64,000 nt of DNA. Origin: an uncultured Lentisphaerales bacterium (GTDB lineage Bacteria; Verrucomicrobiota; Kiritimatiellia; RFP12; UBA3636). Both the position numbers and the translations under genes were made by a program. Where the stretch lies: the NCBI GenBank assembly GCA_964553035.1, contig CAZKJH010000001.1, positions 7,020-71,019 of the forward strand, given 5' to 3'. Below the pieces are notes generated by a model, which saw only the letters and a program-made list of their open reading frames with translations, was not told the origin of the DNA and made no database searches. Shown one piece after another: positions 47,116 through 57,139 of the stretch; position 1 is the stretch's first letter, and each line of letters begins with the position of its first letter.

Positions 47116-48366
47116 GTGTCAGATTTTACATCGCCACGAGGCATGCGTGATTTTTATCCAGAAGATATGCGGCTGAGAAACCGTATTTTTGATGCGTGGC
47201 GCATTGCCGCCGTGGCATCAGGGTTCCAGCAGTACGACGCCTGCGTCGTCGAGTCCCTCGAACTTCTCCAGCGCAAAGCCGGCGAAGAGATTGTAAACCA
47301 GATTTATGCCTTTGAGGACAAGTCTGGACGCAAGCTCGCCTTACGTCCGGAGATGACCCCGACCCTCGCTCGCATGGTGGCAGCCAAACAAGGCTCGTTG
47401 CTGTTCCCCATCAAGTGGTTTACCATTGCCCAGTGCTTTCGCTATGAGCGCATGACGCGAGGTCGGAAGCGCGAACACTATCAATTGAATCTCGACATCA
47501 TCGCCGAAGATTCTGTTTCCGCCGAAGCTGAAGTGCTGTATGCCGCCATTGCAGCGCTTCGCAAAATGGGCGTTCCGGACTCGGTCTATAAAGTCCGGCT
47601 CTCCAATCGGGCGTTACTTTCCGAACTGCTTGCTTCCCTCGGTGTTCCTAGCGAGTCACATGGCGGTGTTTTTATTGCTCTCGACAAAAAGGGCAAAATT
47701 TCCGAAGCCGAAATCGAAGCCCTCATGCGCGCTCAAGGGCTTGATGACCAAGCTTGTGCAGCCGCGTTTAACCTCACAAACATCGCATCACTCGACGATG
47801 CCGCAAAAATTGCCGGCTCGGACTCTCCTGCCATCGCGCGCATCACCGAGTTATTCGATCTCCTCAGTATTTATGGCATTCGCGAACAGATCGTGTTCGA
47901 CATCTCGGTGATCCGCGGTCTCGCCTACTACACCGGCATTGTGTTTGAGGCTTTCGATACGGAAGGTAAGTTCCGCGCCATCTTCGGTGGAGGGCGCTAC
48001 GACGGACTGCTCTCGACGATCGGCGGCAAGCCGGCTTCGGCGGTTGGTCTCGGCTTCGGGGATGTTGTGATCGGTGAAATCATCGAGGAACTCAAACTCC
48101 CGGGAGTGAATACACACGACTGTATTGCGATTGGTTATATGACGGACGAGGAACGCACGACATCCACTCGCTTGGCTGGGAAATTACGTACCGAAGGCTA
48201 TAACGTCACGCTTCAGCTCCGCCCCACGAAAGCCAAAGTTTTTTTCGCTTTCGCATCTGAGAACGCCACAGAGGCCATTTACATCGGACCCGACGATAGA
48301 ATTTCGGGCAAAGCCAAGATGAAAAATCTTGCGACCCGTGAACAAACTGAACTAGACCTCACATGA
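47116..48366 (+). CDS. hisS: histidine--tRNA ligase
   Basis: Motifs RPEMTP, FRYER...GR.REHYQ, GGGRYDGL, plus a C-terminal anticodon-binding domain, which argues against HisZ. Confidence 0.7.
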   Translation: MSDFTSPRGMRDFYPEDMRLRNRIFDAWRIAAVASGFQQYDACVVESLELLQRKAGEEIVNQIYAFEDKSGRKLALRPEMTPTLARMVAAKQGSLLFPIKWFTIAQCFRYERMTRGRKREHYQLNLDIIAEDSVSAEAEVLYAAIAALRKMGVPDSVYKVRLSNRALLSELLASLGVPSESHGGVFIALDKKGKISEAEIEALMRAQGLDDQACAAAFNLTNIASLDDAAKIAGSDSPAIARITELFDLLSIYGIREQIVFDISVIRGLAYYTGIVFEAFDTEGKFRAIFGGGRYDGLLSTIGGKPASAVGLGFGDVVIGEIIEELKLPGVNTHDCIAIGYMTDEERTTSTRLAGKLRTEGYNVTLQLRPTKAKVFFAFASENATEAIYIGPDDRISGKAKMKNLATREQTELDLT

Positions 48367-49232
48367 TAGTGATTATCGATTACAAGGCCGGAAACCTCAC
48401 CAGCGTAAAACTGGCTTTTGAGGCAATTGGCGTTGAAGCCCTTGCCACCGCTGACCTCGAGACCGTCGCAAAAGCTTCAAAAATCGTCTTTCCGGGTGTC
48501 GGTGCTGCCGGCTCCGCCATGGAAAATCTCCATGCTTCAGGACTTTGCCAGATTATCCGCGACAGAATTGCGGCAGGCATTCCCTTCTTCGGGATCTGCC
48601 TCGGCACTCAGATTCTTTTTGAGAGTTCAGAAGAAGACGGCGGCGTGAAGACGCTCGGCATTCTCTCTGGCTCTGTTAAAAAATTTCATTCCTCAGAGCA
48701 GACGTGCAAGATCCCACACATGGGCTGGAATCAAGCCAAGAAAAACTACGACCATCCCCTGCTGGCTGGCATTCCCGACAACAGCGACTTCTATTTCGTC
48801 CACAGTTACTACCCTGCCCCGAGTCAACCAGCCGATGTTATCTGTACCACCGACTACGCCGGCATTACCTTCGCCTCCATGGTCGGCCGTGGCAATGTCG
48901 CCGCAACACAGTTTCACATTGAAAAGTCTGGCAAGATCGGTCTCCGCATGCTCCAAAACTTTTCAACATGGGATGGAGAAGCAGGAATCGGCAACCTAGA
49001 CAAAAGCGTATTCGGCTCGGTCTTTACACAAGAGGACATCCGTATCGCATTGACAGATGCAGGGATGGCCTCCGATGAAGACACGGTCACGACGTTCCTC
49101 AGCGACCATCGCAGGGCATTTAGAGCTCAAGAGGAACGGATGTGCGAAAACGGCAATGAGTTTCTGGCGCAAACCGTTGAAGCGTGGATACAACTCAAAG
49201 TTCGGGATGGTGTCCAAATGCCTATCGCATAA
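48363..49232 (+). CDS. hisH: imidazole glycerol phosphate synthase glutaminase subunit HisH with unusual ~85-aa C-terminal extension
   Basis: GICLGTQ nucleophile motif and HSY, QFHIEKSG. The homologous HisH end is at about residue 205, but the ORF runs to 289 aa. Confidence 0.65.
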   Translation: MIVIIDYKAGNLTSVKLAFEAIGVEALATADLETVAKASKIVFPGVGAAGSAMENLHASGLCQIIRDRIAAGIPFFGICLGTQILFESSEEDGGVKTLGILSGSVKKFHSSEQTCKIPHMGWNQAKKNYDHPLLAGIPDNSDFYFVHSYYPAPSQPADVICTTDYAGITFASMVGRGNVAATQFHIEKSGKIGLRMLQNFSTWDGEAGIGNLDKSVFGSVFTQEDIRIALTDAGMASDEDTVTTFLSDHRRAFRAQEERMCENGNEFLAQTVEAWIQLKVRDGVQMPIA

Positions 49233-49352
49233 CAGAATTGACACCAACCTCTCGCTAACGGAAAAATCAAATCTCCCTCCTAAAACGGCTTAAGCCTCTT
49301 ACAAGAGCTAAAAGCAAGGCAGTATCCTAACCTCCCTTATACTCTCCACACC

Positions 49353-50135
49353 ATGCTAACTCGCCGAATCATTCCCTGCCTCGATGTTATCAAGAACCGC
49401 GTCACAAAAGGCGTGAAGTTCAAGAACAACATCGATCTCGGTGACCCCGTTGAACTGGCGACTCGCTACTACGAAGAAGGCTGTGACGAGCTCGTTGTTT
49501 ACGATATCACAGCCTCTGCTGAGCAGCGTCCTACCGACATCGACATGATCAAGAATGTCGCACGAGCGATCCGAATTCCGTTCGCTGTGGGCGGAGGCGT
49601 TTCGTCACTCGAAGACATCGGTAGAATTCTTTTAGCCGGCGCTGAAAAAGTTTCTGTCAATTCGCTGGCGGTTGCGAACCCGAAACTCATCGGCGAGGGC
49701 GCGAAAGCTTTTGGCTCACAATGTATTGTGCTGGGCATGGATCCTGTAAAAACAGCCGATCTTGTCCAATGCCCCTCAGGCTACGAAATCACCACTCGCG
49801 GTTTCCGGAACCATACCGGCATCGACGCCGTAGCATGGGCCAAGCGGGCCGAGTCCGAAGGTGCCGGTGAAATTGTTGTTAATTCGGTTGATGCCGATGG
49901 CACGCGGGCTGGGTTTGAGCTTGAGATCACACGGCTGATTGCTGATGCCGTCGGCATCCCCGTCGTGGCGTCTGGCGGAGCAGGTTGCTCACGTCATTTG
50001 CGTGATGCGTTCGTCGAAGCGCATGCTGATGCGGCGATTGTCGCCGGCATGCTCCACACAGGCGAATTCACGATACAACGAATTAAAGAAGAACTCACCG
50101 AAATGAGTGTTCCCGTTCGCAGAATTGTTTCTTAG
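49353..50135 (+). CDS. hisF: imidazole glycerol phosphate synthase cyclase subunit
   Basis: RIIPCLDV, GGGV, SGGAG motifs. Confidence 0.8.
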   Translation: MLTRRIIPCLDVIKNRVTKGVKFKNNIDLGDPVELATRYYEEGCDELVVYDITASAEQRPTDIDMIKNVARAIRIPFAVGGGVSSLEDIGRILLAGAEKVSVNSLAVANPKLIGEGAKAFGSQCIVLGMDPVKTADLVQCPSGYEITTRGFRNHTGIDAVAWAKRAESEGAGEIVVNSVDADGTRAGFELEITRLIADAVGIPVVASGGAGCSRHLRDAFVEAHADAAIVAGMLHTGEFTIQRIKEELTEMSVPVRRIVS

Positions 50136-50161
50136 TTATATGTTTTTTACCATAGGAGGCA

Positions 50162-51358
50162 TTGATGACAACAGGATTTTCTAGGCATCTTATTACAGTC
50201 GTCTTCACGTTAGTGCTTTCGCTAAGGCTTTATTCTCAGCAAATCATCGTATGTCCGAAATGTTCGTATGAAGCAGCACCTAATGCAAAATTCTGCACCC
50301 ACTGCGGTGCGGCAATCAATGCCACACGAGGGGAATCTATCCCAGATGACGCGCTTCAGGTGGCCTCCACGAATTCAGTCGCTGTCAGTCCACAAGCTGA
50401 CGCAAACGCTACTTGGGTCACCTTGGTTGCGGAGGACATCCAGACCGCCGTTGAGTTTATGAATGCGAAAGCCGGGGCCAATCCTGCCGGCACGCTCGCC
50501 GCATTGAATAATGCACGAGGCATCATTGCACTTGCAGGTAAAAATACGATACCGGAGAATGACAGACTCGCAGTCATGAACGGCATTGTTGCAGCCAAGG
50601 AAGCGATTTTAAAAACTCGTTTAACATGCCCAACATGCCGGGGGAAAGGACAGGAAGATGTTCTGCACGAATACACTGCACTGGACGGCTCAATTGCATC
50701 GATGGTAAGCGGGAAGCGGTCTTGTTCAAGATGCGATGGACGTTGCTGGATTGTCCAACACCGGAAAATGTCCGAGATCCAGAGCCTTCTTGGATCGGGG
50801 CATCAGCACTATGCCGACAAGGCACTTGTCAAGGGTCGCATTAAAATTGGAAATGCGTGGGTTGATCGCGATGTAGCCAGCCACCTTAACGCCAAAGAAA
50901 CAGCAACCTTAAAGCACTTCACTGCTGATCCCTGCTTGGCATGCATGGGATACGGGAAGACTGACTGTAAAGCTTGCGATAACGCGGGCTTTGTCACCTG
51001 TACGGCAGTTAATTGTTCTAACGGATTCATTCGTCCCTTACCCGTCGCAAAGGATAATCCGAAAGAAAAGCGGTTGGAGTCTATCAAACTTTCAAACCCA
51101 ACTCCCTGCCCCGAATGCAGAGGAACAAGTTTGGTCATTTGCAAGGATTGCGGCGGAACATCATCGACTACCTGTACAAGCTGCAACGGCAGTGGAGAGC
51201 GGAGCATCTGCAACAAATGCAACGGAGAAGGATTCATTCCCTGTCGAAGTTGCAAAGGGACGGGCAAGGATAAAAAAGGTCAACCCTGTCCAATGTGCTC
51301 TAATGAAGGCATAGTACTCTGCACAACCTGTGGCGGTGATGGCTATGGAAGAAGATAG
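50162..51358 (+). CDS. Cys-rich secreted/membrane-anchored protein: N-terminal hydrophobic segment, zinc ribbon (CPKC...CTHCG), and 7 C-terminal DnaJ-CR-type CxxCxGxG repeats
   Basis: Motifs counted directly: CPECRG, CKDCGG, CTSCNG, CNKCNG, CRSCKG, CPMCSN, CTTCGG; overlaps the kinase gene. Confidence 0.5.
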   Translation: MMTTGFSRHLITVVFTLVLSLRLYSQQIIVCPKCSYEAAPNAKFCTHCGAAINATRGESIPDDALQVASTNSVAVSPQADANATWVTLVAEDIQTAVEFMNAKAGANPAGTLAALNNARGIIALAGKNTIPENDRLAVMNGIVAAKEAILKTRLTCPTCRGKGQEDVLHEYTALDGSIASMVSGKRSCSRCDGRCWIVQHRKMSEIQSLLGSGHQHYADKALVKGRIKIGNAWVDRDVASHLNAKETATLKHFTADPCLACMGYGKTDCKACDNAGFVTCTAVNCSNGFIRPLPVAKDNPKEKRLESIKLSNPTPCPECRGTSLVICKDCGGTSSTTCTSCNGSGERSICNKCNGEGFIPCRSCKGTGKDKKGQPCPMCSNEGIVLCTTCGGDGYGRR

Positions 51359-52973
51359 TAATACCAATCAGTCGGCCAGTTTCGAGGGCTATGACAAAGC
51401 CGAAAAAATCGGACAAGGTGGTATGGCGACCGTTTGGAAAGCACGCCAAATATCCTTAGACCGGTGGGTTGCGATCAAAGTGCTATCCCCCGAGCAATGT
51501 TCGGACGACAAAGAGATTGATCGTTTCCAATCCGAAGCCCGAACGGTTGCTAAAATGAATCATAGCGGCATCGTGCAAGTCTATGATGCCTTCTACCGAA
51601 ATGACCACTTTTGTTTTGTGATGGAATTCGTTGATGGCTATACGGTTGGTGCATGGTTGAAAAATCGTGGCTATCTGGCTCAAGAAGAATGTCTTTTTGT
51701 CGCGATCGGTGTTGCCGAAGCTTTATCGTATGCGTGGAGCAAACACAAGTTGATCCACTGTGATATCAAACCCGAAAACATCATGATCGATGTTGACGGC
51801 TCGGTCAAAATCACCGATTTTGGTCTCAGCAAAAGTCTTTCGTCCCTACAAGTACGAAACCCCCTGTCTGATGGTGCTTACGTTTTCGGAACACCCGCCT
51901 ATATTGCTCCTGAGCAGGCTACTGCCGATCGACAACTCACCATCCATGCTGATATGTACGCGCTTGGAGCCTCTCTCTATCACATGAGTACGGGCACAAG
52001 ACTTTTTTTCGAAGTCAATGCCGAAGAGGTGATGGAAATGCAGGTGAATGCACAGTACAAAGACCCATACGAACTTAACACAAAGCTCTCTCCTTTTTTC
52101 TGCGACTTCATTGAAAGACTCCTTTGCAAAAACCGCAACGACCGTTACAGTCGCTGGGAGGAGATTCTTGAAGAACTCGAAAATCTCAAAAAAGGGCTTC
52201 CGCTACTTTATGGCGAAATTAATCCTGCAAAAGCCAAAAGCACCGTCTTAAGATCTACGGCACGTGATATCGCTCGCAACGATTTGCTGCAGAGGCTTAA
52301 TATCCACGAACGATCCATCAAGCCCATCGCAGCCCCAGAACTTCCTCTTGAACAGAGATCTGAATTCAGCCTAAAAAACTTTGGCCAGAATGGCTTTTCG
52401 AAAGAACTCTGTGCTGCAAAATCGCTTTGCAGCGTTTGGTGGGGTAAAGTAAGCACCTTGTCGAACGTGATAAAAAATAATCGGCATTCCCGAATCGCCC
52501 TAAAATGCCTATCCGGTCTGCTGATTATCGCGCTTGTGCTCTTCTTGGTTTCTCACGTTGACCACCGAGAGAAGTGTCGCGTGATCGATGCGGCAAAAAT
52601 GGAACTAACTGAAATTGACGAAATTCTCAGCATCAACCCAACGGCCTACCATACGGCAATTGAGCACTGCACGACACTAATCAGCAATCTTGAAGGGCCA
52701 GCTTATGCGTCACTTCGACAAGATGTTCTTATTAAAAGAAAGTCTCTTGAAGACGCACGAAAAACTGATATTGAAAAAGTAATGAAGGATCTCTGCGAAG
52801 AAGTTCAACCGCTGATTGAACGGCGACAATTTTCAAGAGCAGCGACAATTGTTTTGTCATTCAGTGGTGAGATGGCAGATGAGACCCTGCATGAACGCGT
52901 ACGATTCGCAGATACCCTCAACGAACAGGCTACCCTGTCGAGCCAAACTCAGAGTGCAGACGAAAATGAGTAG
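51339..52973 (+). CDS. Hanks-type Ser/Thr protein kinase with one TM and a ~130-aa extracytoplasmic C-terminal domain
   Basis: GQGGMATVWKA glycine loop, AIK, HCDIKPEN catalytic loop, DFG, APE. Start set at the ATG (MAMEEDS); the track ORF begins at a GTG at 51330. Confidence 0.65.
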   Translation: MAMEEDSNTNQSASFEGYDKAEKIGQGGMATVWKARQISLDRWVAIKVLSPEQCSDDKEIDRFQSEARTVAKMNHSGIVQVYDAFYRNDHFCFVMEFVDGYTVGAWLKNRGYLAQEECLFVAIGVAEALSYAWSKHKLIHCDIKPENIMIDVDGSVKITDFGLSKSLSSLQVRNPLSDGAYVFGTPAYIAPEQATADRQLTIHADMYALGASLYHMSTGTRLFFEVNAEEVMEMQVNAQYKDPYELNTKLSPFFCDFIERLLCKNRNDRYSRWEEILEELENLKKGLPLLYGEINPAKAKSTVLRSTARDIARNDLLQRLNIHERSIKPIAAPELPLEQRSEFSLKNFGQNGFSKELCAAKSLCSVWWGKVSTLSNVIKNNRHSRIALKCLSGLLIIALVLFLVSHVDHREKCRVIDAAKMELTEIDEILSINPTAYHTAIEHCTTLISNLEGPAYASLRQDVLIKRKSLEDARKTDIEKVMKDLCEEVQPLIERRQFSRAATIVLSFSGEMADETLHERVRFADTLNEQATLSSQTQSADENE

Positions 52974-53069
52974 TCGTGGATGCTCTTCAATTTCGTTGCC
53001 GTGCCCCGATGATCCAAGAAAAGTCGATCCATGATTCTCCTTTTGATTTGTCCGCATTGCCGCTCGATA

Positions 53070-54470
53070 TCAGAGACGGCGCATGGCGCGTGAGAGAGAC
53101 AAAGTGAGAGCTAGCAGGGCAACGCCGATGCCAATTGGTAATAGATGATGCCGTAGCCAATTAGTCCCGTGCGACTGCGCTGCCATAGGTTGGGGAATCG
53201 CAAAGAGCGTTCCTTCAACCGGCTGAATGTCTCGCGCCAACAGGGCGACGATCTGGGTGGTGTCGGGCATTCCTGTTGAAGGCTCTTGAAGTTGAATGAG
53301 CGTGTAGCGTTGTTCCGGTCGCGCTGGGAAAATGACTCGATAGCGCGGTCCGCTTGCTTGGATATTGGTGACCTCCGCCTTCGGGTGGTCAAAAGTTAAC
53401 AGAAAGCGTTGGGCACGGGTTTCGGGGAAAACGATAGTCGTGGCAGAGTCCGTCGTGCAACGAAAGCGAAATTGTTTGAGCACGCCTCGCGCAAGTGTTG
53501 GCGTTGCTGTCGGCGAATCAACGCTCAAGGTGTACGGCCATGAAGCATAATCCGCTGGAATCGCGAGAACAAGTTGGGTCAGCGGCTGGCCAGTTGCCTC
53601 GATGGCATAACGGGTCTTGCCACGCGACACGCCGTTTGTCTGGGATGTCCACGCGACGGGATAATTAATGCGAACGGGCTTTCGCGATGACTGGACGAGA
53701 GATGTAGTCCAGCCGTTAACCGATTCGACGAGAAGCGGTCGGGTGTCGACTTGGACAGCGCGCGATTGGGTCAAGCCGCCCTCCTCTGACTGCGTGGACG
53801 TGATCAATGAGGTGAGTTGTTCGCGGGCATCGACCGCCTGTTCGAAAGTTAGGCGCAAGTACTCGTTGCTAATGCCAGAGGGAAAGGTGATTTCCGTGCG
53901 GCGCACATTGGCATGACGGCTGAAGTCGAAGATCGATGCCTGCTCGACAAGGGTTGTCCAGATCACACCATCGTCAGAGCCCTCGACCCTCACCTGTTGC
54001 TCAAAATCTCGAATCGGTGTCTTAACCTCAACCCCTTCGAGAATGCTGGCGGCAAGGTTCGGCGCAGTTGTCGAAATCGCCCTTCGTAGCGTAAGGCGTA
54101 GCGCACCATCGGGCATTTCTGCCGCAACCATTTTGAACGGGAGTGTATAAACCCGTTCGCGGACATGAGCAACGGTCTGGAGCGATTCATAAAGAACAGG
54201 GATTTCACCACCCTGCTCGTCGTGTACACGCAAGGTTGTGGCATCGGCTTGTCCGTTCGCAAAAAGCGACGTTGGCAACGTCACGGCGATCAATTCATCG
54301 CGCATTAGCACCTGTGCATTGATCGGCCACTGCGTATCGACCGCGATGACCAGCGAAGCCAGGCCTGATAAGACGAGGCAGGCCATGTGCTTTAAATTGA
54401 TGCCACGTTGCACCCACAGGAAACCAACGAGGTGCAAGAAGGCGGTATCGCGTGTTGTAAAGTTTTTCAT
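53070..54470 (-). CDS. DUF3999-family protein (periplasmic/anchored partner of DUF2339)
   Basis: Family assignment from gene-pair context and architecture (N-terminal signal/anchor, C-terminal TM). Start set at an internal Met to avoid a 112-nt overlap with the upstream gene. Confidence 0.4.
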   Translation of the reverse strand: MKNFTTRDTAFLHLVGFLWVQRGINLKHMACLVLSGLASLVIAVDTQWPINAQVLMRDELIAVTLPTSLFANGQADATTLRVHDEQGGEIPVLYESLQTVAHVRERVYTLPFKMVAAEMPDGALRLTLRRAISTTAPNLAASILEGVEVKTPIRDFEQQVRVEGSDDGVIWTTLVEQASIFDFSRHANVRRTEITFPSGISNEYLRLTFEQAVDAREQLTSLITSTQSEEGGLTQSRAVQVDTRPLLVESVNGWTTSLVQSSRKPVRINYPVAWTSQTNGVSRGKTRYAIEATGQPLTQLVLAIPADYASWPYTLSVDSPTATPTLARGVLKQFRFRCTTDSATTIVFPETRAQRFLLTFDHPKAEVTNIQASGPRYRVIFPARPEQRYTLIQLQEPSTGMPDTTQIVALLARDIQPVEGTLFAIPQPMAAQSHGTNWLRHHLLPIGIGVALLALTLSLSRAMRRL

Positions 54471-54498
54471 AAGGTTTGAAGGATAGCCGTGAATCGCG

Positions 54499-57036
54499 TT
54501 AAATCGGTTCGTCGTGTTTTTTCTGAGCGCTTTTCTTAAGATAAGCGAAGGCCGCCAGCAGCATTGCGACACCAAGAACGCCAAAAGCGAGGAGACGCCA
54601 GACAATGTCAAGCCCCACTAAATCGACAATGATGGCCTTGAAGTCAGCGACGGCGAAAAGTGCAAGGCCGGTCAACCGGAGAAAACGCAGATCAAGCCGC
54701 AGACCTACCCACAGGAGCGCCAACGCATAGAGACCCCAGAAAAGACTGATGGCACCGCCTTCAAACGCCGGCACAAAAGCGTGGAAGAAAGTAGCGGCCT
54801 CAAAGGTCAGGTAAAAGAACCCAGCGCCAATTGCAATAGCCATCATGATGGGTCTGAAGGGCAACTGCTGCGTTTCGCCAGCGGCCGGCTGCGTTAAGCG
54901 GTGCATAAAGGCAATGCCTCCTAAAAGCACCAGCGTGTTTAACAAGCGTGAAACCCAATGCTCAAAACCAATGCCGCTGCGGTAGTGCCAGGCACTGACG
55001 ACAAGCGGATCGTAGGTTAGCGTATCAAAGAAAAGCCACTTACCTGCAAGAAAGACAAGGCCGATCACGCAAAGTGTAGCTAGCGTGGCGTTATTCGTAC
55101 GGGCCTTTAGCGTGAAAACATACCAAAGGAAAGCCGCCCAAATTACAGTCACCATGACGCGGGAGAAATCTGGCAAATAAGCAGCAAAACACAACTTGGC
55201 TTCGAGCGTCAGGGTGACGAATGCACCGGCGAGCGCCAACGTCGTGAAGACGACTGGCAGCTTAGGCATGAGCGGCAAAGGCTCGACATTTTGTGGAAGG
55301 CTGGAATCAGGTTTAGGCCGGTGGCGCAGGATGACCAAGGCAACAAAGGCGCACAACACCGGGATGCCCAAGGCGATTAAACGGTCTGCGAGCCCATTCA
55401 GGTACGTCTCAGGGCGTGCCTGAGCGGTGAAACGAATCACGCTTTCAAAAAACTCGCCCAGCGCACGCAGCCCTGCAATCATGTAAAGCAACAGTGCACC
55501 GCCGAAAACTATACGGCTGAGCAAGCGGCAGGAAACCCAGAGCAGAGCGGTGGCCAAGATGGCCCATGAGGCGGTCAGTGCCTGATCACTGAACAGGCAC
55601 GGCAATGTTAAAGCTAACCCAACAGCCGCCAAGGCGGCAAAGACGGTCAGCAGCGTACGGTCGTGCATTTTTCGCGAGAAGAAAAGATGGAGATGAACGA
55701 GATAGAAGCATGCGAGAGCTAAGGTCAGAACGGCCATGCCAGAACGTGTCCTTGAGATCTTATCAAAAATCCACCAGCTTTCGCCCAGAAAGAAAAGTGC
55801 ATTAACAAACAGCCCACCCGCTTCGAGTGGAGTGGCCTCAATTTTGTGGCGAACGGAATATCCGAAGATCGCGGTCGAATAGAGCACAAATAGGAGCGTC
55901 ACGCCACCCAAGGCAACTGGCCAGAGCGTAGCATCCCAAGACGAAACACCCAGTGCTCCGGCCACAATGACGGTGGAGAAGAAAAGGCTGAGCCAGACCA
56001 GCAAAGGCCATTGGCGATAGATGGCGATTGCCGCCATGCCAAAGCCCAAGACGACCAAGTAGGCCAGCAGGATGGTCAGATTAGGTTGCTCAGTTTGCAA
56101 CATCACGGGCGTAGCAAAGCCACCGATAGCACCCAGCACAGCAATGGAAAGCGATTGATGCCGAAGTGCCAAAACCACTGCCACGGCGGTAACCAATATC
56201 ATCAACCCGAAAGCCGGAAGAGCTGCGATCAAACCGAAGAGAACATGAGCGGAGAAGAAGGCAAAGTAAAGCATCGCGATCCCACCACCCAAAAGCCCCT
56301 GCCCCATCATGGCATATCGCTTGCGAGAAATCAGCCAACTCCCAGCCACTAAAAAAGCGCTACCACAAAGAAGCGACAAAGCCACACGCCCAGAGGGACC
56401 GAGAATGCCACGCTTGATCGAAAGCTGCAAACCCCACCCAACAATACAAACCAAAAACGTAATGCCGACGCGAATCAGCCAAACCGCGGCAATAGTCGAT
56501 TCAGCAGAAACATCGGGTCGGCGAAACTCCTCGCCAACAATAAGCCAGTTCCACGCTTTCTGGAGTAGGCGCTTGGCAAGGGTGTCACTGGTGGACCCAA
56601 ACTCGTCCACGACCGACTCTGTATCGAGACTTCGGATAATAGGCGGAAACTTCGATGACGGAACTGGAGGCAACGCTGGCGGACGAACGGGCGGCACCAC
56701 GGGCAGCGGTAAAGATGTAATGACAGGTGGCACGGCATCAGCCAGTGCTGGAACTGGTGATGGAAGTGGCCCGGCAGACGGTTCGGTAACAGTCTGTATC
56801 GGAACGAGCGAAGAAGACGTGCGCAGTGAAAAGAAGTGAGACTGTTCACAAACAAGTGATTCCAGTTCATCGAGTCGCCGGAGGATACGTCCAAGACGAC
56901 GCAAAGCGACAATCACCAGAATAGGAAGAGCGAGTAAGCCCAGAAAGACAAAAATAGCGAATAGTTCCATCGTCTCATTCTCCTTGTAACGTGTTATGAC
57001 CCAATAGAAAAGAGAAGCACAGAGGAAAGATAGCAT
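54499..57036 (-). CDS. DUF2339-family large polytopic membrane protein (>20 TM)
   Basis: 845 aa; N-terminal TM, Pro-rich linker, then a long run of TM helices. Confidence 0.45.
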   Translation of the reverse strand: MLSFLCASLFYWVITRYKENETMELFAIFVFLGLLALPILVIVALRRLGRILRRLDELESLVCEQSHFFSLRTSSSLVPIQTVTEPSAGPLPSPVPALADAVPPVITSLPLPVVPPVRPPALPPVPSSKFPPIIRSLDTESVVDEFGSTSDTLAKRLLQKAWNWLIVGEEFRRPDVSAESTIAAVWLIRVGITFLVCIVGWGLQLSIKRGILGPSGRVALSLLCGSAFLVAGSWLISRKRYAMMGQGLLGGGIAMLYFAFFSAHVLFGLIAALPAFGLMILVTAVAVVLALRHQSLSIAVLGAIGGFATPVMLQTEQPNLTILLAYLVVLGFGMAAIAIYRQWPLLVWLSLFFSTVIVAGALGVSSWDATLWPVALGGVTLLFVLYSTAIFGYSVRHKIEATPLEAGGLFVNALFFLGESWWIFDKISRTRSGMAVLTLALACFYLVHLHLFFSRKMHDRTLLTVFAALAAVGLALTLPCLFSDQALTASWAILATALLWVSCRLLSRIVFGGALLLYMIAGLRALGEFFESVIRFTAQARPETYLNGLADRLIALGIPVLCAFVALVILRHRPKPDSSLPQNVEPLPLMPKLPVVFTTLALAGAFVTLTLEAKLCFAAYLPDFSRVMVTVIWAAFLWYVFTLKARTNNATLATLCVIGLVFLAGKWLFFDTLTYDPLVVSAWHYRSGIGFEHWVSRLLNTLVLLGGIAFMHRLTQPAAGETQQLPFRPIMMAIAIGAGFFYLTFEAATFFHAFVPAFEGGAISLFWGLYALALLWVGLRLDLRFLRLTGLALFAVADFKAIIVDLVGLDIVWRLLAFGVLGVAMLLAAFAYLKKSAQKKHDEPI

Positions 57037-57139
57037 TTCAGCCTGAGTTACGCCAGAACTTCCGTTTTTCAGTAAAATCGATTACTCGCGTAACGATTTA
57101 TTGCTTTTCTAGCCTCATTATGCCATTATATTTGACTTT

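Noticed and set aside
47116-48366. Alternative call as HisZ (ATP-phosphoribosyltransferase regulatory subunit) because it neighbours his genes
   Set aside because: The protein has a C-terminal anticodon-binding-type domain and full class-II motifs, and no hisG is adjacent. It was therefore kept as hisS.
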